Positions 8,071 to 16,984 are shown, numbered from the stretch's first letter. The stretch is DNA of 53,977 nt from an uncultured bacterium (GCA_903907175.1 CAIVNB010000036.1:1-53977); one strand, 5' to 3'. A program made the numbers and translations. The notes: generated by a model from the letters alone, not told the origin.

Positions 8071-8178
8071 ATGGAGACAAAGCGCTGGGTTGTTCTCGGT
8101 ATTTTAGCCGCTTTTGCAATAGGTATATATATCTTAAAAAAAATTAAGGAATCAAAAAAACCACGTTCAGGATGGTGA
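8071..8178 (+). CDS. Possible 35-aa single-TM micro-protein (METKRWVVLGILAAFAIGIYILKKIKESKKPRSGW)
   Basis: An ATG...TGA ORF below the track's length cut-off. It sits between two terminators and has a hydrophobic core plus a basic tail. I see no clear RBS. Confidence 0.3.
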   Translation: METKRWVVLGILAAFAIGIYILKKIKESKKPRSGW

Positions 8179-8192
8179 TAAAACGTAATCTA

Positions 8193-8221
8193 TCCCACAT
8201 GCGAGACATGTGGGAATTTTT
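8193..8221. terminator. Bidirectional rho-independent terminator
   Basis: tcccacatg (8193-8201) pairs with catgtggga (8207-8215) in a 9-bp perfect stem followed by a T-run. On the opposite strand it lies directly after the CDF gene stop. Confidence 0.7.
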
Positions 8222-9592
8222 TTATTCTTTTGGTTCGAGATGGACAACAACTCTAGCGATATTATCTATTTTTTGTTTTATTAGATACTCCAAATCTCCA
8301 GCTTCGTCATGTGCTTTTTCAAGCAGGACATTGCCAGGAGTATAAGCATGAAAAGAAATGAATATTTTTTCATTGATTTTTCTTGTTTCGATGTTATGTG
8401 GTTCGTGGATATCTTTAAAATTACTAGATATAATATTGATTTTTTTTATTATTTCTTCTCTTTCTTCTCTTTCTATTTTTTGACCTTCTAGAATATTCGA
8501 CCTCAAGGGTTCAATATGTGTATTTATTTCTATATCATCGCCGAATTCTTTTTTTATAGATTCTTCTAATTTTGATGCAATACTATGAGCTTCGAATACC
8601 GTAAGGTCATATTTTACTTCCAAATCAAAATTTATATATTTCTTTGTGTTTACCAAATGGATATTTATGTCATGTACAAATACATCATGAGTATGAGCAA
8701 GAATTTGGATGTTTTCAATTATAGTTTCATTATCAAGAGTAATTGGTACAACATGAACAGTTATATCTGATTCACCAATTTTTGTTTTTATTTGTTCTTC
8801 CACACTATTGCCAATCATTTTAGTTTTTTCTAAAGATATTTTTCTACTTACTTCTATGCTAATTTCTACAAATAAAGCAGCTCCTGCTGGTCGAACTCTT
8901 ACTTTGCTAACACCGACAACCCCTTCTACTTTTTTTGCTTCATTTTCTATTAATTCCGCGATCCCTGCGGGTGCGGTATCAATTAGAACATCAAAAGTAC
9001 GTTTACTTAATTTATATCCTGCGTGGATTACTACGACCGCAACCACAAGGGCAGCAATGGTATCAGCCATCGGAACTTTAAAATACGCACAAACAAGGCC
9101 GATAAGCACAGCTCCAGAACTCCAAATGTCTGAGCTGAAATGAAGTGCATCAGCTTCAAGTGCTTGGCTTTTTGTTTCTTTTGCGACCTTCATTAATGCA
9201 CGAGAACGAGAAATATCTACAAAAATAGAAATTATTATTACTACAAAAGCGTACCAAACAATCTCAACTTCAACTTTTTCAAAAAATAATCTTTTTATCG
9301 CTTCATAAATAATCCAACCTGAGGTAACAAAAAGTAAGGCGGATTCAATTAAAGCTGAAATGCTTTCTATTTTAGAATGACCATATGGATGACGCTCGTC
9401 AGCGGGTAGGTCTGCAACTCGTACTGAAAAAAAAGTCAAAAGTGCTGCCCCTAAATCAAGGGCCGAGTGCAGAGCTTCGGATAAGATACCCAAACTCCCA
9501 GTAATTAAACCAACAACACCCTTCATGAGTGTTAAGAATATGCTCCAGAACACAGAATTTAATGCTACTTTTACCTTTTTATTGTTTTTCAT
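8222..9592 (-). CDS. Cation diffusion facilitator (CDF) family metal efflux transporter with an extended cytoplasmic tail
   Basis: ORF track, 456 aa. CDF-type TM motifs are present (HSALDLGAALLTF, DERHPYGHSKIE, HFSSDIWSS). Three consecutive C-terminal-domain-like units end in ..TVHVVP, ..NTHIEP and ..VVHLEP. Confidence 0.85.
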   Translation of the reverse strand: MKNNKKVKVALNSVFWSIFLTLMKGVVGLITGSLGILSEALHSALDLGAALLTFFSVRVADLPADERHPYGHSKIESISALIESALLFVTSGWIIYEAIKRLFFEKVEVEIVWYAFVVIIISIFVDISRSRALMKVAKETKSQALEADALHFSSDIWSSGAVLIGLVCAYFKVPMADTIAALVVAVVVIHAGYKLSKRTFDVLIDTAPAGIAELIENEAKKVEGVVGVSKVRVRPAGAALFVEISIEVSRKISLEKTKMIGNSVEEQIKTKIGESDITVHVVPITLDNETIIENIQILAHTHDVFVHDINIHLVNTKKYINFDLEVKYDLTVFEAHSIASKLEESIKKEFGDDIEINTHIEPLRSNILEGQKIEREEREEIIKKINIISSNFKDIHEPHNIETRKINEKIFISFHAYTPGNVLLEKAHDEAGDLEYLIKQKIDNIARVVVHLEPKE

Positions 9593-9663
9593 ATTTGACT
9601 TTCATTTTAACATAAATAGTAATATAATATAAATAAATTTTTATTAATTACCGTTTTAGTACG

Positions 9664-10134
9664 ATGAAAAAGAAAGCAAAGAATTTAAAGAGAAAAGGAA
9701 AAATAGTAATGATAAGCGGAGGATTTGACCCTATCCACATAGGGCACGTTCGCTATATGCAGGAAGCAAAAAAACTTGGTGATAAATTGATTGTTGTTAT
9801 AAATAATGATAATTGGTTAAAACTAAAAAAGGGATATGCTTTTATGACAGAGAATGAACGAAAGGAGATTATCGAAGCGATTGGATGTGTCGATGAAGTA
9901 ATAATAACAAGCCACTCTGAAAATACTAAAGATATAACTGTTTGTGAAGAAATACGTAAAATTAAGCCGCATGTTTTTGCCAACGGTGGGGACAGAAAGC
10001 CAGACGGGGATCCTGTGCCTGAAGTAGCTCTTTGTGAGGAACTTGGCATTGAGATTGTTTATAACGTTGGACATGGTGGAAAGGTTAGAAGCTCCTCTGA
10101 ATTAGTAAAACAAGCACAAAAAATCAAAAAATAG
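9664..10134 (+). CDS. Cytidylyl/adenylyl-transferase family protein (HIGH-motif nucleotidyltransferase, RfaE domain II / TagD-like)
   Basis: ORF track, 156 aa. Motif GGFDPIHIGHVRYMQEAKKLGD. The substrate cannot be assigned from the sequence. Confidence 0.75.
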   Translation: MKKKAKNLKRKGKIVMISGGFDPIHIGHVRYMQEAKKLGDKLIVVINNDNWLKLKKGYAFMTENERKEIIEAIGCVDEVIITSHSENTKDITVCEEIRKIKPHVFANGGDRKPDGDPVPEVALCEELGIEIVYNVGHGGKVRSSSELVKQAQKIKK

Positions 10135-10172
10135 GCTAGTAAAACTTTTTATTTTAATGTATTATATTTGTA

Positions 10173-11402
10173 ATGGCTAAAGTTTTAAAGAAAGTAAAAA
10201 AACCTGCCGGTTCTAGTAAAAGGTCAAAAGCTAGTGTAAATAAAAAAGAAAGTAAACTTTTAAAGAAAAAAAGTGTTTTTACTCCTAGGAAAAAACTTAT
10301 TTTAAAAACTAAAAAAGTTTCTAAGGTAAAAAAAAATGTTAAGAAGATAATTTCCAAAAAAACTAAGAGAAAAATAATAATAAAAGATAAACCAAAAAAG
10401 GAGCTTAAGCGTTTTGTTGGTAACCCAATTATACATCCAGCAAGTAATATGTATTGGGAGTCAAAAGCAACTTTTAATCCAACCGCTTTCGTCCACGACG
10501 GCAAAGTACATGTGGTATATCGAGCAGTGGGGGTGAATGATATATCTACATTAGGATATGCGGGAAGCAAGGATGGGTATAATTTTTCTGAAAGAACCTT
10601 TAAACCAATATTCATTCACAAAAATTATTCGAGCAATACGGGGGAACCAATTTTTTATAGTTCTGGTGGCGGGTGGAACGGTGGGGCAGAAGATCCAAGA
10701 ATTACAAAAATCGATGATAGACTATACATGACGTATACCGCTTTCAATGGTTGGGGCTCAGTGCGTATTGGGCTCACTTCAATAAGCTTAGAGGATTTTT
10801 TAAATAAGAAGTGGAATTGGAAAAAATCAGTTTTAATTTCTCCTCCAGGAGAAGTTAATAAGAATTGGGTCATTTTCCCAGAGAAAATTAATGGTAAATA
10901 TGCTATATTTCATAGCTTTTATCCAAAAATTCTTATTAGTTATTTTAAGAGTTTAGACGAGTTAGATGGCAAGAAATTTATAAAAAGTAATAACACGAGA
11001 CCTGTAGATAAAAGTAGGGATTGGGATAGTTGGTTTCGGGGAGTAGGTCCAGCTCCTATTAAGACAAAATATGGTTGGCTTGTGTTATATCATGCGATGG
11101 ACCATAAAAATCCCGATAGATATAGGATGGGAGCGTTGTTGCTTGATTTAAAAGATCCAACAAAAATTCTCTATCGATCAAAAGAGCCAATTTTAGAACC
11201 AGAGGCATTTTATGAAAACCAAGGATATAAATGGGGTGTTGTTTATTCTTGTGGAGCAGTAGTAAAAAAAGGGGAACTTTTTATTTACTATGGAGGAGCA
11301 GACATGGTATCTTGTGTTGCTACTGCAAATTTGGAACTTTTTTTGAAAGAACTTATGACTACTGGTATTACAAAACTAAAGAAAGGAAGTAAGAAAAATT
11401 AA
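10173..11402 (+). CDS. GH130-family (PF04041-like) glycoside phosphorylase/hydrolase domain protein with an ~80-aa lysine-rich N-terminal extension
   Basis: ORF track, 409 aa. Motifs: WESKATFNPTA, AEDPRITK, KTKYGWLVLYHA, LFIYYGGAD. Confidence 0.8.
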   Translation: MAKVLKKVKKPAGSSKRSKASVNKKESKLLKKKSVFTPRKKLILKTKKVSKVKKNVKKIISKKTKRKIIIKDKPKKELKRFVGNPIIHPASNMYWESKATFNPTAFVHDGKVHVVYRAVGVNDISTLGYAGSKDGYNFSERTFKPIFIHKNYSSNTGEPIFYSSGGGWNGGAEDPRITKIDDRLYMTYTAFNGWGSVRIGLTSISLEDFLNKKWNWKKSVLISPPGEVNKNWVIFPEKINGKYAIFHSFYPKILISYFKSLDELDGKKFIKSNNTRPVDKSRDWDSWFRGVGPAPIKTKYGWLVLYHAMDHKNPDRYRMGALLLDLKDPTKILYRSKEPILEPEAFYENQGYKWGVVYSCGAVVKKGELFIYYGGADMVSCVATANLELFLKELMTTGITKLKKGSKKN

Positions 11403-11403
11403 T

Positions 11404-13335
11404 ATGTATGTAGTAAAAAGATCAGAACACAATCCATTTTTAATTCCAAATAGAGATCATTATTGGGAAGAGTTTGCAACTTTCAATATGTGTCCTATTA
11501 AGCATGGAAAAAGTATCTATGGTGTTTATCGTGCTATATCTGCAGTTGACGCTCTAAGGAATCCACACCAGACGTCAGTTGTCGGTATAGGTAAAAGTAA
11601 AGACGGGATTCATTTTAAAGATTGTGTTCAATTTATTACTCCAAAAGAAGAATGGGATCAGTTTGGCTGCGAAGATCCAAGAATTACACATTTCGAGGGT
11701 AATTTTTATACTTTTTATACTGCTCTTTCAAAGTATCCGCTTGGTCCAGAGGGGATTAAAATTGCAGTAGCAGTATCAAAGGATTTGAAAAAAATTGACG
11801 AACGTCATTTTGTTACTCCTTTCAATGCGAAAGCGATGACGCTTTTTCCTGATAGAATAAACGGCAAAGTAACTGTAATTTTCTCAGCACATACTGATTC
11901 TCCTCCAGCAAAGATAGTAATTGCACAAGTAGATAAAATAGAAGAATTGTGGAGGCCATCTTTTTGGGAAAAATGGAGTAAAAATATAGATGATTATGTA
12001 ATTGATCCAAGGCGTAATCAATATGATCATGTTGAAGTAGGAGCTCCACCAATAAAAACAAAATATGGTTGGCTCTTAGTTTACTCTCATATTCAAAATT
12101 ATTTTCAAAACCCGAACAACCAAGAAAGAATTTTTGGCATTGAAGCCTTACTTCTTGATCCAAATGATCCAAGAAAAATAATTGGTAGAACTCCAGGGCC
12201 TCTTCTTACTCCAGAAGAGCCTTATGAATTATCAGGATATATCCCAAATGTTATTTTCCCAAGCGGAGCGATTTTAGAGAAAGATACTCTTGCTATTTAT
12301 TATGGAGCAGCTGATACTACAGCTTGTTGTGCTCATGTTTCCTTAACAGACTTGATTTCAAGCATGCACCCAGACATTAAAGAAAAATGGCACTTTAAAA
12401 GATTTTCTGGGAACCCAATCATAACTCCCAAGCAAGAGCATCCATGGGAAGCAAAGGCTACTTTTAATCCAGCGGCGATTAGTATTGGAAACAAGACGCA
12501 TATTGTCTATCGGACGTCATCCCCAGACAATACTTCATATTTTGGTTATGCCATGACAAAAAATGGTACTGATATCATTGAAAGGATAGCTGACCCGATA
12601 TATGTTCCTCGCGAAGAGTTTGAAATGAAAAAAATAAATAATGCAAATTCTGGTTGTGAGGATCCAAGATTAACCAAAATAGGTAAAAATATTTATGTAT
12701 GTTATACCGCTTTTGACGGTATTGGCCCGCCAAGAGTTGCCATCTCATCTATCACAGAAAAAGATTTTATTGCACATAACTGGAAATGGGAAAAACCAGT
12801 GCTTGTAACTCCTGCTGGTTTTGACGACAAAGACACGTGTCTTTTCCCCGAGAAACTACCAGGTGGGTATTTTATTCTTCATCGAGTTGGTAATGAAATA
12901 TGTGGGGATTATTTTAAGACACTTGATTTTAAGAATGAATCAGTAAAAAAATGTATTCGTATTATTGGAGCAAGACCAAATTCTTGGGATAGTGCAAAAG
13001 TTGGAATTACCGCTCCGCCAATAAAAACAAAATATGGATGGTTGTTGTTATACCATGGTGTGTCAAAGAGTCATTCTTCATATAGAGTAGGAGCATTACT
13101 TCTTGATTTAAAAGATCCAGCCATAGTACTTGCACGATCCACAGACCCGATTTTTGAACCAGTTGAGCAATACGAGAAGGTTGGCATTGTAAATAATGTA
13201 GTTTTCCCTTGTGGAATGGTAGTTCGTGATAAATTACTTTATATTTACTATGGTGGAGCAGATACGGTAATAGGAGTGGCCACAATGGAATTAGATATTA
13301 TATTAAAAGCATTAGTTCGTAGTTTGAAGTTTTAG
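11404..13335 (+). CDS. Protein with two tandem GH130-family domains
   Basis: ORF track, 643 aa. The motif set (CEDPR(I/L)T, KTKYGWLL(V/L)Y, YYG(A/G)AD) appears twice. The gene starts 1 nt after the previous stop. Confidence 0.85.
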   Translation: MYVVKRSEHNPFLIPNRDHYWEEFATFNMCPIKHGKSIYGVYRAISAVDALRNPHQTSVVGIGKSKDGIHFKDCVQFITPKEEWDQFGCEDPRITHFEGNFYTFYTALSKYPLGPEGIKIAVAVSKDLKKIDERHFVTPFNAKAMTLFPDRINGKVTVIFSAHTDSPPAKIVIAQVDKIEELWRPSFWEKWSKNIDDYVIDPRRNQYDHVEVGAPPIKTKYGWLLVYSHIQNYFQNPNNQERIFGIEALLLDPNDPRKIIGRTPGPLLTPEEPYELSGYIPNVIFPSGAILEKDTLAIYYGAADTTACCAHVSLTDLISSMHPDIKEKWHFKRFSGNPIITPKQEHPWEAKATFNPAAISIGNKTHIVYRTSSPDNTSYFGYAMTKNGTDIIERIADPIYVPREEFEMKKINNANSGCEDPRLTKIGKNIYVCYTAFDGIGPPRVAISSITEKDFIAHNWKWEKPVLVTPAGFDDKDTCLFPEKLPGGYFILHRVGNEICGDYFKTLDFKNESVKKCIRIIGARPNSWDSAKVGITAPPIKTKYGWLLLYHGVSKSHSSYRVGALLLDLKDPAIVLARSTDPIFEPVEQYEKVGIVNNVVFPCGMVVRDKLLYIYYGGADTVIGVATMELDIILKALVRSLKF

Positions 13336-13359
13336 ATTATTAGATTAATTTTTTAAGAT

Positions 13360-13758
13360 ATGAAAATAAATTTTCAATCAAAAAATATAGAAATTACAGA
13401 AGCAATACATGATTATGTAGAGAAAAGAGTAACGAATTTAGGTAAATTACTAACTGAAATAGAGGAAAAAGATGGGGAAGTTATTGTTCTTTTTAGCATT
13501 TCAAAAACAACCCACCATCATAAAGGAGGTGAGGTTTTTCATGCTGATTGCTCAATAAATATAAAAGGAAAAAAGTTTTACGCTAGTGTAAACAGGCAAG
13601 ATATGTATGAAGCTATAGATGCTGTAAAAGAAGATTTGTTTACAGAAATAACAAAAAATAAAGATAAAAAAATGACTCTCTTTAAACGTGGAGCTTCTAG
13701 TGTAAAAAAAATGATGAAAGGACTTTCTAAAAGAAATCCTTTTACTTCCAAATACTAA
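13360..13758 (+). CDS. hpf: Ribosome hibernation promoting factor / RaiA family
   Basis: ORF track, 132 aa. The N-terminus MKINFQSKNIEITEAIHDYVEKRVTNLGKLL is typical of the S30AE/HPF family. Confidence 0.85.
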   Translation: MKINFQSKNIEITEAIHDYVEKRVTNLGKLLTEIEEKDGEVIVLFSISKTTHHHKGGEVFHADCSINIKGKKFYASVNRQDMYEAIDAVKEDLFTEITKNKDKKMTLFKRGASSVKKMMKGLSKRNPFTSKY

Positions 13759-13768
13759 TTTTTAAATA

Positions 13769-15487
13769 ATGAACAGAGAGAGTAAAATATGCCAGAATTG
13801 CAAGAAAGACTTTCAGATAGAGTCAGAAGATTTTAATTTTTATGAAAAAATAAAAGTTCCTCCGCCAACCTTTTGTTCAGAATGTCGTTTCCAGAGAAGG
13901 TTAATATGGAGGAATGAAAGGACTTTATATAAAAGATCTTGTAATTTATGTGAAAGAAATATTATTTCTATGTATAACAAAGATGTACCATTCCCAGTAT
14001 TTTGTCAGGACTGTTGGTGGGGGGATGATTGGGATCCTACTTTATATAAACAAGATTATCATTTTGATGAAATATTTTTTAATCAGATTAATGAATTGAT
14101 AAATAAAGTTCCACAATTTCCATTATTTAATTTACGTAATGTAAATAGTGAATATTGTAATGGCACTTATCAATCTAAAAATTGCTATCTAAATTTTGCA
14201 AGCGACTTAAATGAAGATACTGGTTATTTGTATCATTCAATTGAAAATAGAAATTGTTATGACATGTTAGGGTCTCGTAAAAATGAAAATAGTTACGAAT
14301 TGATTGATTGTGAGAGATGTTATGAGTCTACAAATTTAATGCTTTCAGAGGAATGTATAGATACTAAATATTGTTATGATTGTCGTAATTGTCAAAATTG
14401 TATAGGTTGTGTTGGTTTGAGAAATAAAAGATTTTTTATTTTAAATAAAAAATATGAGAAAGAAGAATATAATAAGAAATTAAATGAATGTGTATTTGGA
14501 ACCACTGAAGAGAAAAATAATTTTAAAATAGAATTTTCAAATTTATTAAAAAAATATCCTAGAAAGTCTTCTAATTCTAGGCACTCTGTTAATTCAATAG
14601 GAGATTATTTGAGTCATGTTAAAAAATGCGTGGATTGTTTTGATGTAGAAGGGCCGGCAGAAAATCTTCGTTTTGTTATTTATGGTGTTACAAATTTAAA
14701 AGATTTATATGATTCTTATGCAATTGGTATGGGATTGGAAAGTTCTTATGAAATGATGGGGGCAGGCGATGGTTTACAAGGTTCTGCTTTTTGTTATTAT
14801 GTTTGGTCTGGTTTTAATAATTTTTATTCTTTTTTATTAAAAAATTGTCAAAATTGTTTTGCCTGCATAGGTCTAAGAAACAAAAGCTACTGTATCCTCA
14901 ACAAACAATACACAAAGCAAGAATACGAAGAATTAGTACCTAAAATAATAAAGCATATGAACGATACGCCATATATAGATGCTAAAGGAAGGATATATAA
15001 ATATGGAGAGTTCTTTCCATCAGAATTAAGTCCATTTACTTATAATGAAACCATAGCTCAAGAATATTTTCCTTTAACAAAAGAACAAGCTATGTCACAA
15101 GGATATAAGTGGAAGGATAGAGAAGAAAGAAACTATACAATAGATATTAAGAATGAAGATATCCCAGATAACATAAAAGAAGCAAACAACGATATTATCG
15201 GAAAAGTAATAGAATGCAATCACAAAGGAACTTGCAATGAACAATGCACTGAAGCTTTTAAAATCATTCCAGAAGAACTGCAATTCTACCTGAGAATGAA
15301 TTTACCACTTCCTAGACTCTGTCCTAACTGTAGACACTACAATAGACTCTCGCAACGTAATCCTTTAAAGCTCTGGCATAGACATTGTATGAAACCAAAT
15401 TGTACTAATGAATTTGAGACTAGTTACTCACCAGATAGACCTGAAATCATCTATTGTGAACGTTGTTATCAACAGGAAGTGTATTAG
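13769..15487 (+). CDS. Cys-rich multi-zinc-ribbon protein of unknown function (paralogue A)
   Basis: ORF track, 572 aa. It has many CxxC pairs. The N- and C-terminal modules share F.I..E(D/E)F.FY...(V/L)P.P..C..CR. It is a paralogue of 39948-41642. Confidence 0.8.
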   Translation: MNRESKICQNCKKDFQIESEDFNFYEKIKVPPPTFCSECRFQRRLIWRNERTLYKRSCNLCERNIISMYNKDVPFPVFCQDCWWGDDWDPTLYKQDYHFDEIFFNQINELINKVPQFPLFNLRNVNSEYCNGTYQSKNCYLNFASDLNEDTGYLYHSIENRNCYDMLGSRKNENSYELIDCERCYESTNLMLSEECIDTKYCYDCRNCQNCIGCVGLRNKRFFILNKKYEKEEYNKKLNECVFGTTEEKNNFKIEFSNLLKKYPRKSSNSRHSVNSIGDYLSHVKKCVDCFDVEGPAENLRFVIYGVTNLKDLYDSYAIGMGLESSYEMMGAGDGLQGSAFCYYVWSGFNNFYSFLLKNCQNCFACIGLRNKSYCILNKQYTKQEYEELVPKIIKHMNDTPYIDAKGRIYKYGEFFPSELSPFTYNETIAQEYFPLTKEQAMSQGYKWKDREERNYTIDIKNEDIPDNIKEANNDIIGKVIECNHKGTCNEQCTEAFKIIPEELQFYLRMNLPLPRLCPNCRHYNRLSQRNPLKLWHRHCMKPNCTNEFETSYSPDRPEIIYCERCYQQEVY

Positions 15488-15519
15488 AAAATATATAATT
15501 TATCTGCTTAAATAGGAGT

Positions 15520-15555
15520 CTCCCGTTTAAGAGACGGCCGTCCATTAAGCGGGAG
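15520..15555. other. GC-rich imperfect palindrome between convergent genes; possibly a T-run-less bidirectional terminator or a REP-like element
   Basis: ctcccgtttaagagacgg / ccgtccattaagcgggag gives about 16 of 18 positions pairable, counting one G-U. It lies in a GC-rich island (15511-15572) within very AT-rich DNA. Confidence 0.35.
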
Positions 15556-15584
15556 CGGTGGATAGGTCGCGCAATTTAACTATT

Positions 15585-16412
15585 TTATGGTTTATAGTTT
15601 ATTTCTTTTCCGTTTTCAGGAATTATTTTTAGAATTTTGAATTCTCCATTTTCTATCTTTGCATCAGTGATAATTATTCTTTTATTATTTTCGAAAAAAA
15701 AGGTCCTAGGCCATGTGGCATAAGCACGGAATTTATTGTAATTTTTTATAGGGCTATCGTTTAAGTCTACCAATCCGTCTTCTTTTTTTATTTTTTTACA
15801 ATGAGTTGCTTTTAATTCATCTTGAGGGATAGGTTTTATTTTATTTTCTGTGAATTCTGGAAGTGTTTTTACTAAAAGTTCTCCGCCAATTTTTATTAAA
15901 CGAGCACGTAACTCTTGAGCCTTTTCATCTGAAAGTATTTTCACTATTTCTTGAGCGACAATTGGTCCTGTATCCATTTTAAATTCCATTTTTTGAATTG
16001 TGATTCCCGTTTCTTCATCACCAGCAAGAATTGCGGATTCAACAGGAGAAGCTCCACGATATTTTGGAAGAAGTGAATAATGGATATTTATTGAGCCAAA
16101 TTTTGTCATATTCAATAGCTCTTCCGGCATTATTTTCCCATAAGCGACAACAATGAAAAGTTGAAAGTTGAAAGTTGAAAGTTTTGAAATAAATTCATTA
16201 TCAAGTTTCTCCGGTTGCAAAAAAACTATGTTATTTTTTTCAGCCCAAACTTTTACTGGCGGGGGAGTTATTAGCATTTTTCGTCCCTGGGGGCGATCCG
16301 GAGATGTGATAATAAGCGATGGCATATAGCCATTTTCTTTTAGAATTTCCAGTGTCTCCGAAGCTACGTTTGGAGTACCAAAAAAAACAAATTTTAGATT
16401 TTTTTTATTCAC
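15585..16412 (-). CDS. fmt: Methionyl-tRNA formyltransferase
   Basis: ORF track, 275 aa. Motifs: FFGTP, HYSLLPKYRGASPVESAIL, TGITIQKM. It lies downstream of def. Confidence 0.9.
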   Translation of the reverse strand: MNKKNLKFVFFGTPNVASETLEILKENGYMPSLIITSPDRPQGRKMLITPPPVKVWAEKNNIVFLQPEKLDNEFISKLSTFNFQLFIVVAYGKIMPEELLNMTKFGSINIHYSLLPKYRGASPVESAILAGDEETGITIQKMEFKMDTGPIVAQEIVKILSDEKAQELRARLIKIGGELLVKTLPEFTENKIKPIPQDELKATHCKKIKKEDGLVDLNDSPIKNYNKFRAYATWPRTFFFENNKRIIITDAKIENGEFKILKIIPENGKEINYKP

Positions 16413-16444
16413 TTTGTAACTTGATAAAATTCCTACTTTATAAA

Positions 16445-16978
16445 CTATTTTTGTGGTTTTTCTTCTTTTATGTCTTCTGCGTGGTCGATAAAAAGAACAC
16501 CTTTTAGATGGTCTGTTTCATGTTGAAAAATTTGGGAAAGTAAGCCTGATGCACCACGAGTGAATTTTTTACCATTTTCGTCATATGCAGTGACAGAGGC
16601 CTTTTTTGATCTTAAGGTAATACCATAGAGCCATCTCACGGAAAGACAACCTTCAGGAACTTTATCTTTTTCACGAGACAGTTTTGAAATTATAGGATTT
16701 ATAAAAACTAAATCTTTTGGTACATCTTTTTTGTCTTTAGGTAAGCCTTTGCCTTTTAAGAAATCTTTATCAAAAATTTTTCCAGAAACAACAAATATTT
16801 TAAGAGAATATCCTATTTGAGGAGCAGCTATGGCTACTCCGTCATCTTGGCTAAGTAGTGCAACAGACATTTCTTTTAGAATTTTTTGGATCTTAGGTGT
16901 TTTGATCTCGTGTATTGGAATTTCGACGGCGATCTTCCGTAAGACCATATCTTCTTTTTGGACGATTTTTTTTGCCAT
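16445..16978 (-). CDS. def: Peptide deformylase
   Basis: ORF track, 177 aa. Motifs: GVAIAAPQIG, EGCLSV, QHETDHL. Confidence 0.92.
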   Translation of the reverse strand: MAKKIVQKEDMVLRKIAVEIPIHEIKTPKIQKILKEMSVALLSQDDGVAIAAPQIGYSLKIFVVSGKIFDKDFLKGKGLPKDKKDVPKDLVFINPIISKLSREKDKVPEGCLSVRWLYGITLRSKKASVTAYDENGKKFTRGASGLLSQIFQHETDHLKGVLFIDHAEDIKEEKPQK

Positions 16979-16984
16979 TTTTTT

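Noticed and set aside
8808-9143. Antisense or alternate-frame ORFs inside confirmed genes. They are 8808-9143, 9753-10049, 10154-10615, 20116-23015 (several), 23379-23834, 24466-24978, 27630-27977, 34573-34899, 36093-36359, 38155-39234 and 41248-41664.
   Set aside because: Each is fully embedded in a gene with clear family motifs on the other strand or frame, and shows low-complexity translation. They are typical shadow ORFs.
15511-15584. I considered a tRNA or other small structured RNA gene in the GC-rich island.
   Set aside because: No cloverleaf can be drawn: there is no T-loop GTTCRANYC-like box and no acceptor-stem complementarity. I kept it only as a palindromic element of unknown role.
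16153-16185. A heptanucleotide tandem repeat (aagttga x ~3.5) on the plus strand.
   Set aside because: It lies inside fmt and simply encodes ..STFNFQLF.. on the minus strand. It is too short, and nothing suggests it is anything but chance.
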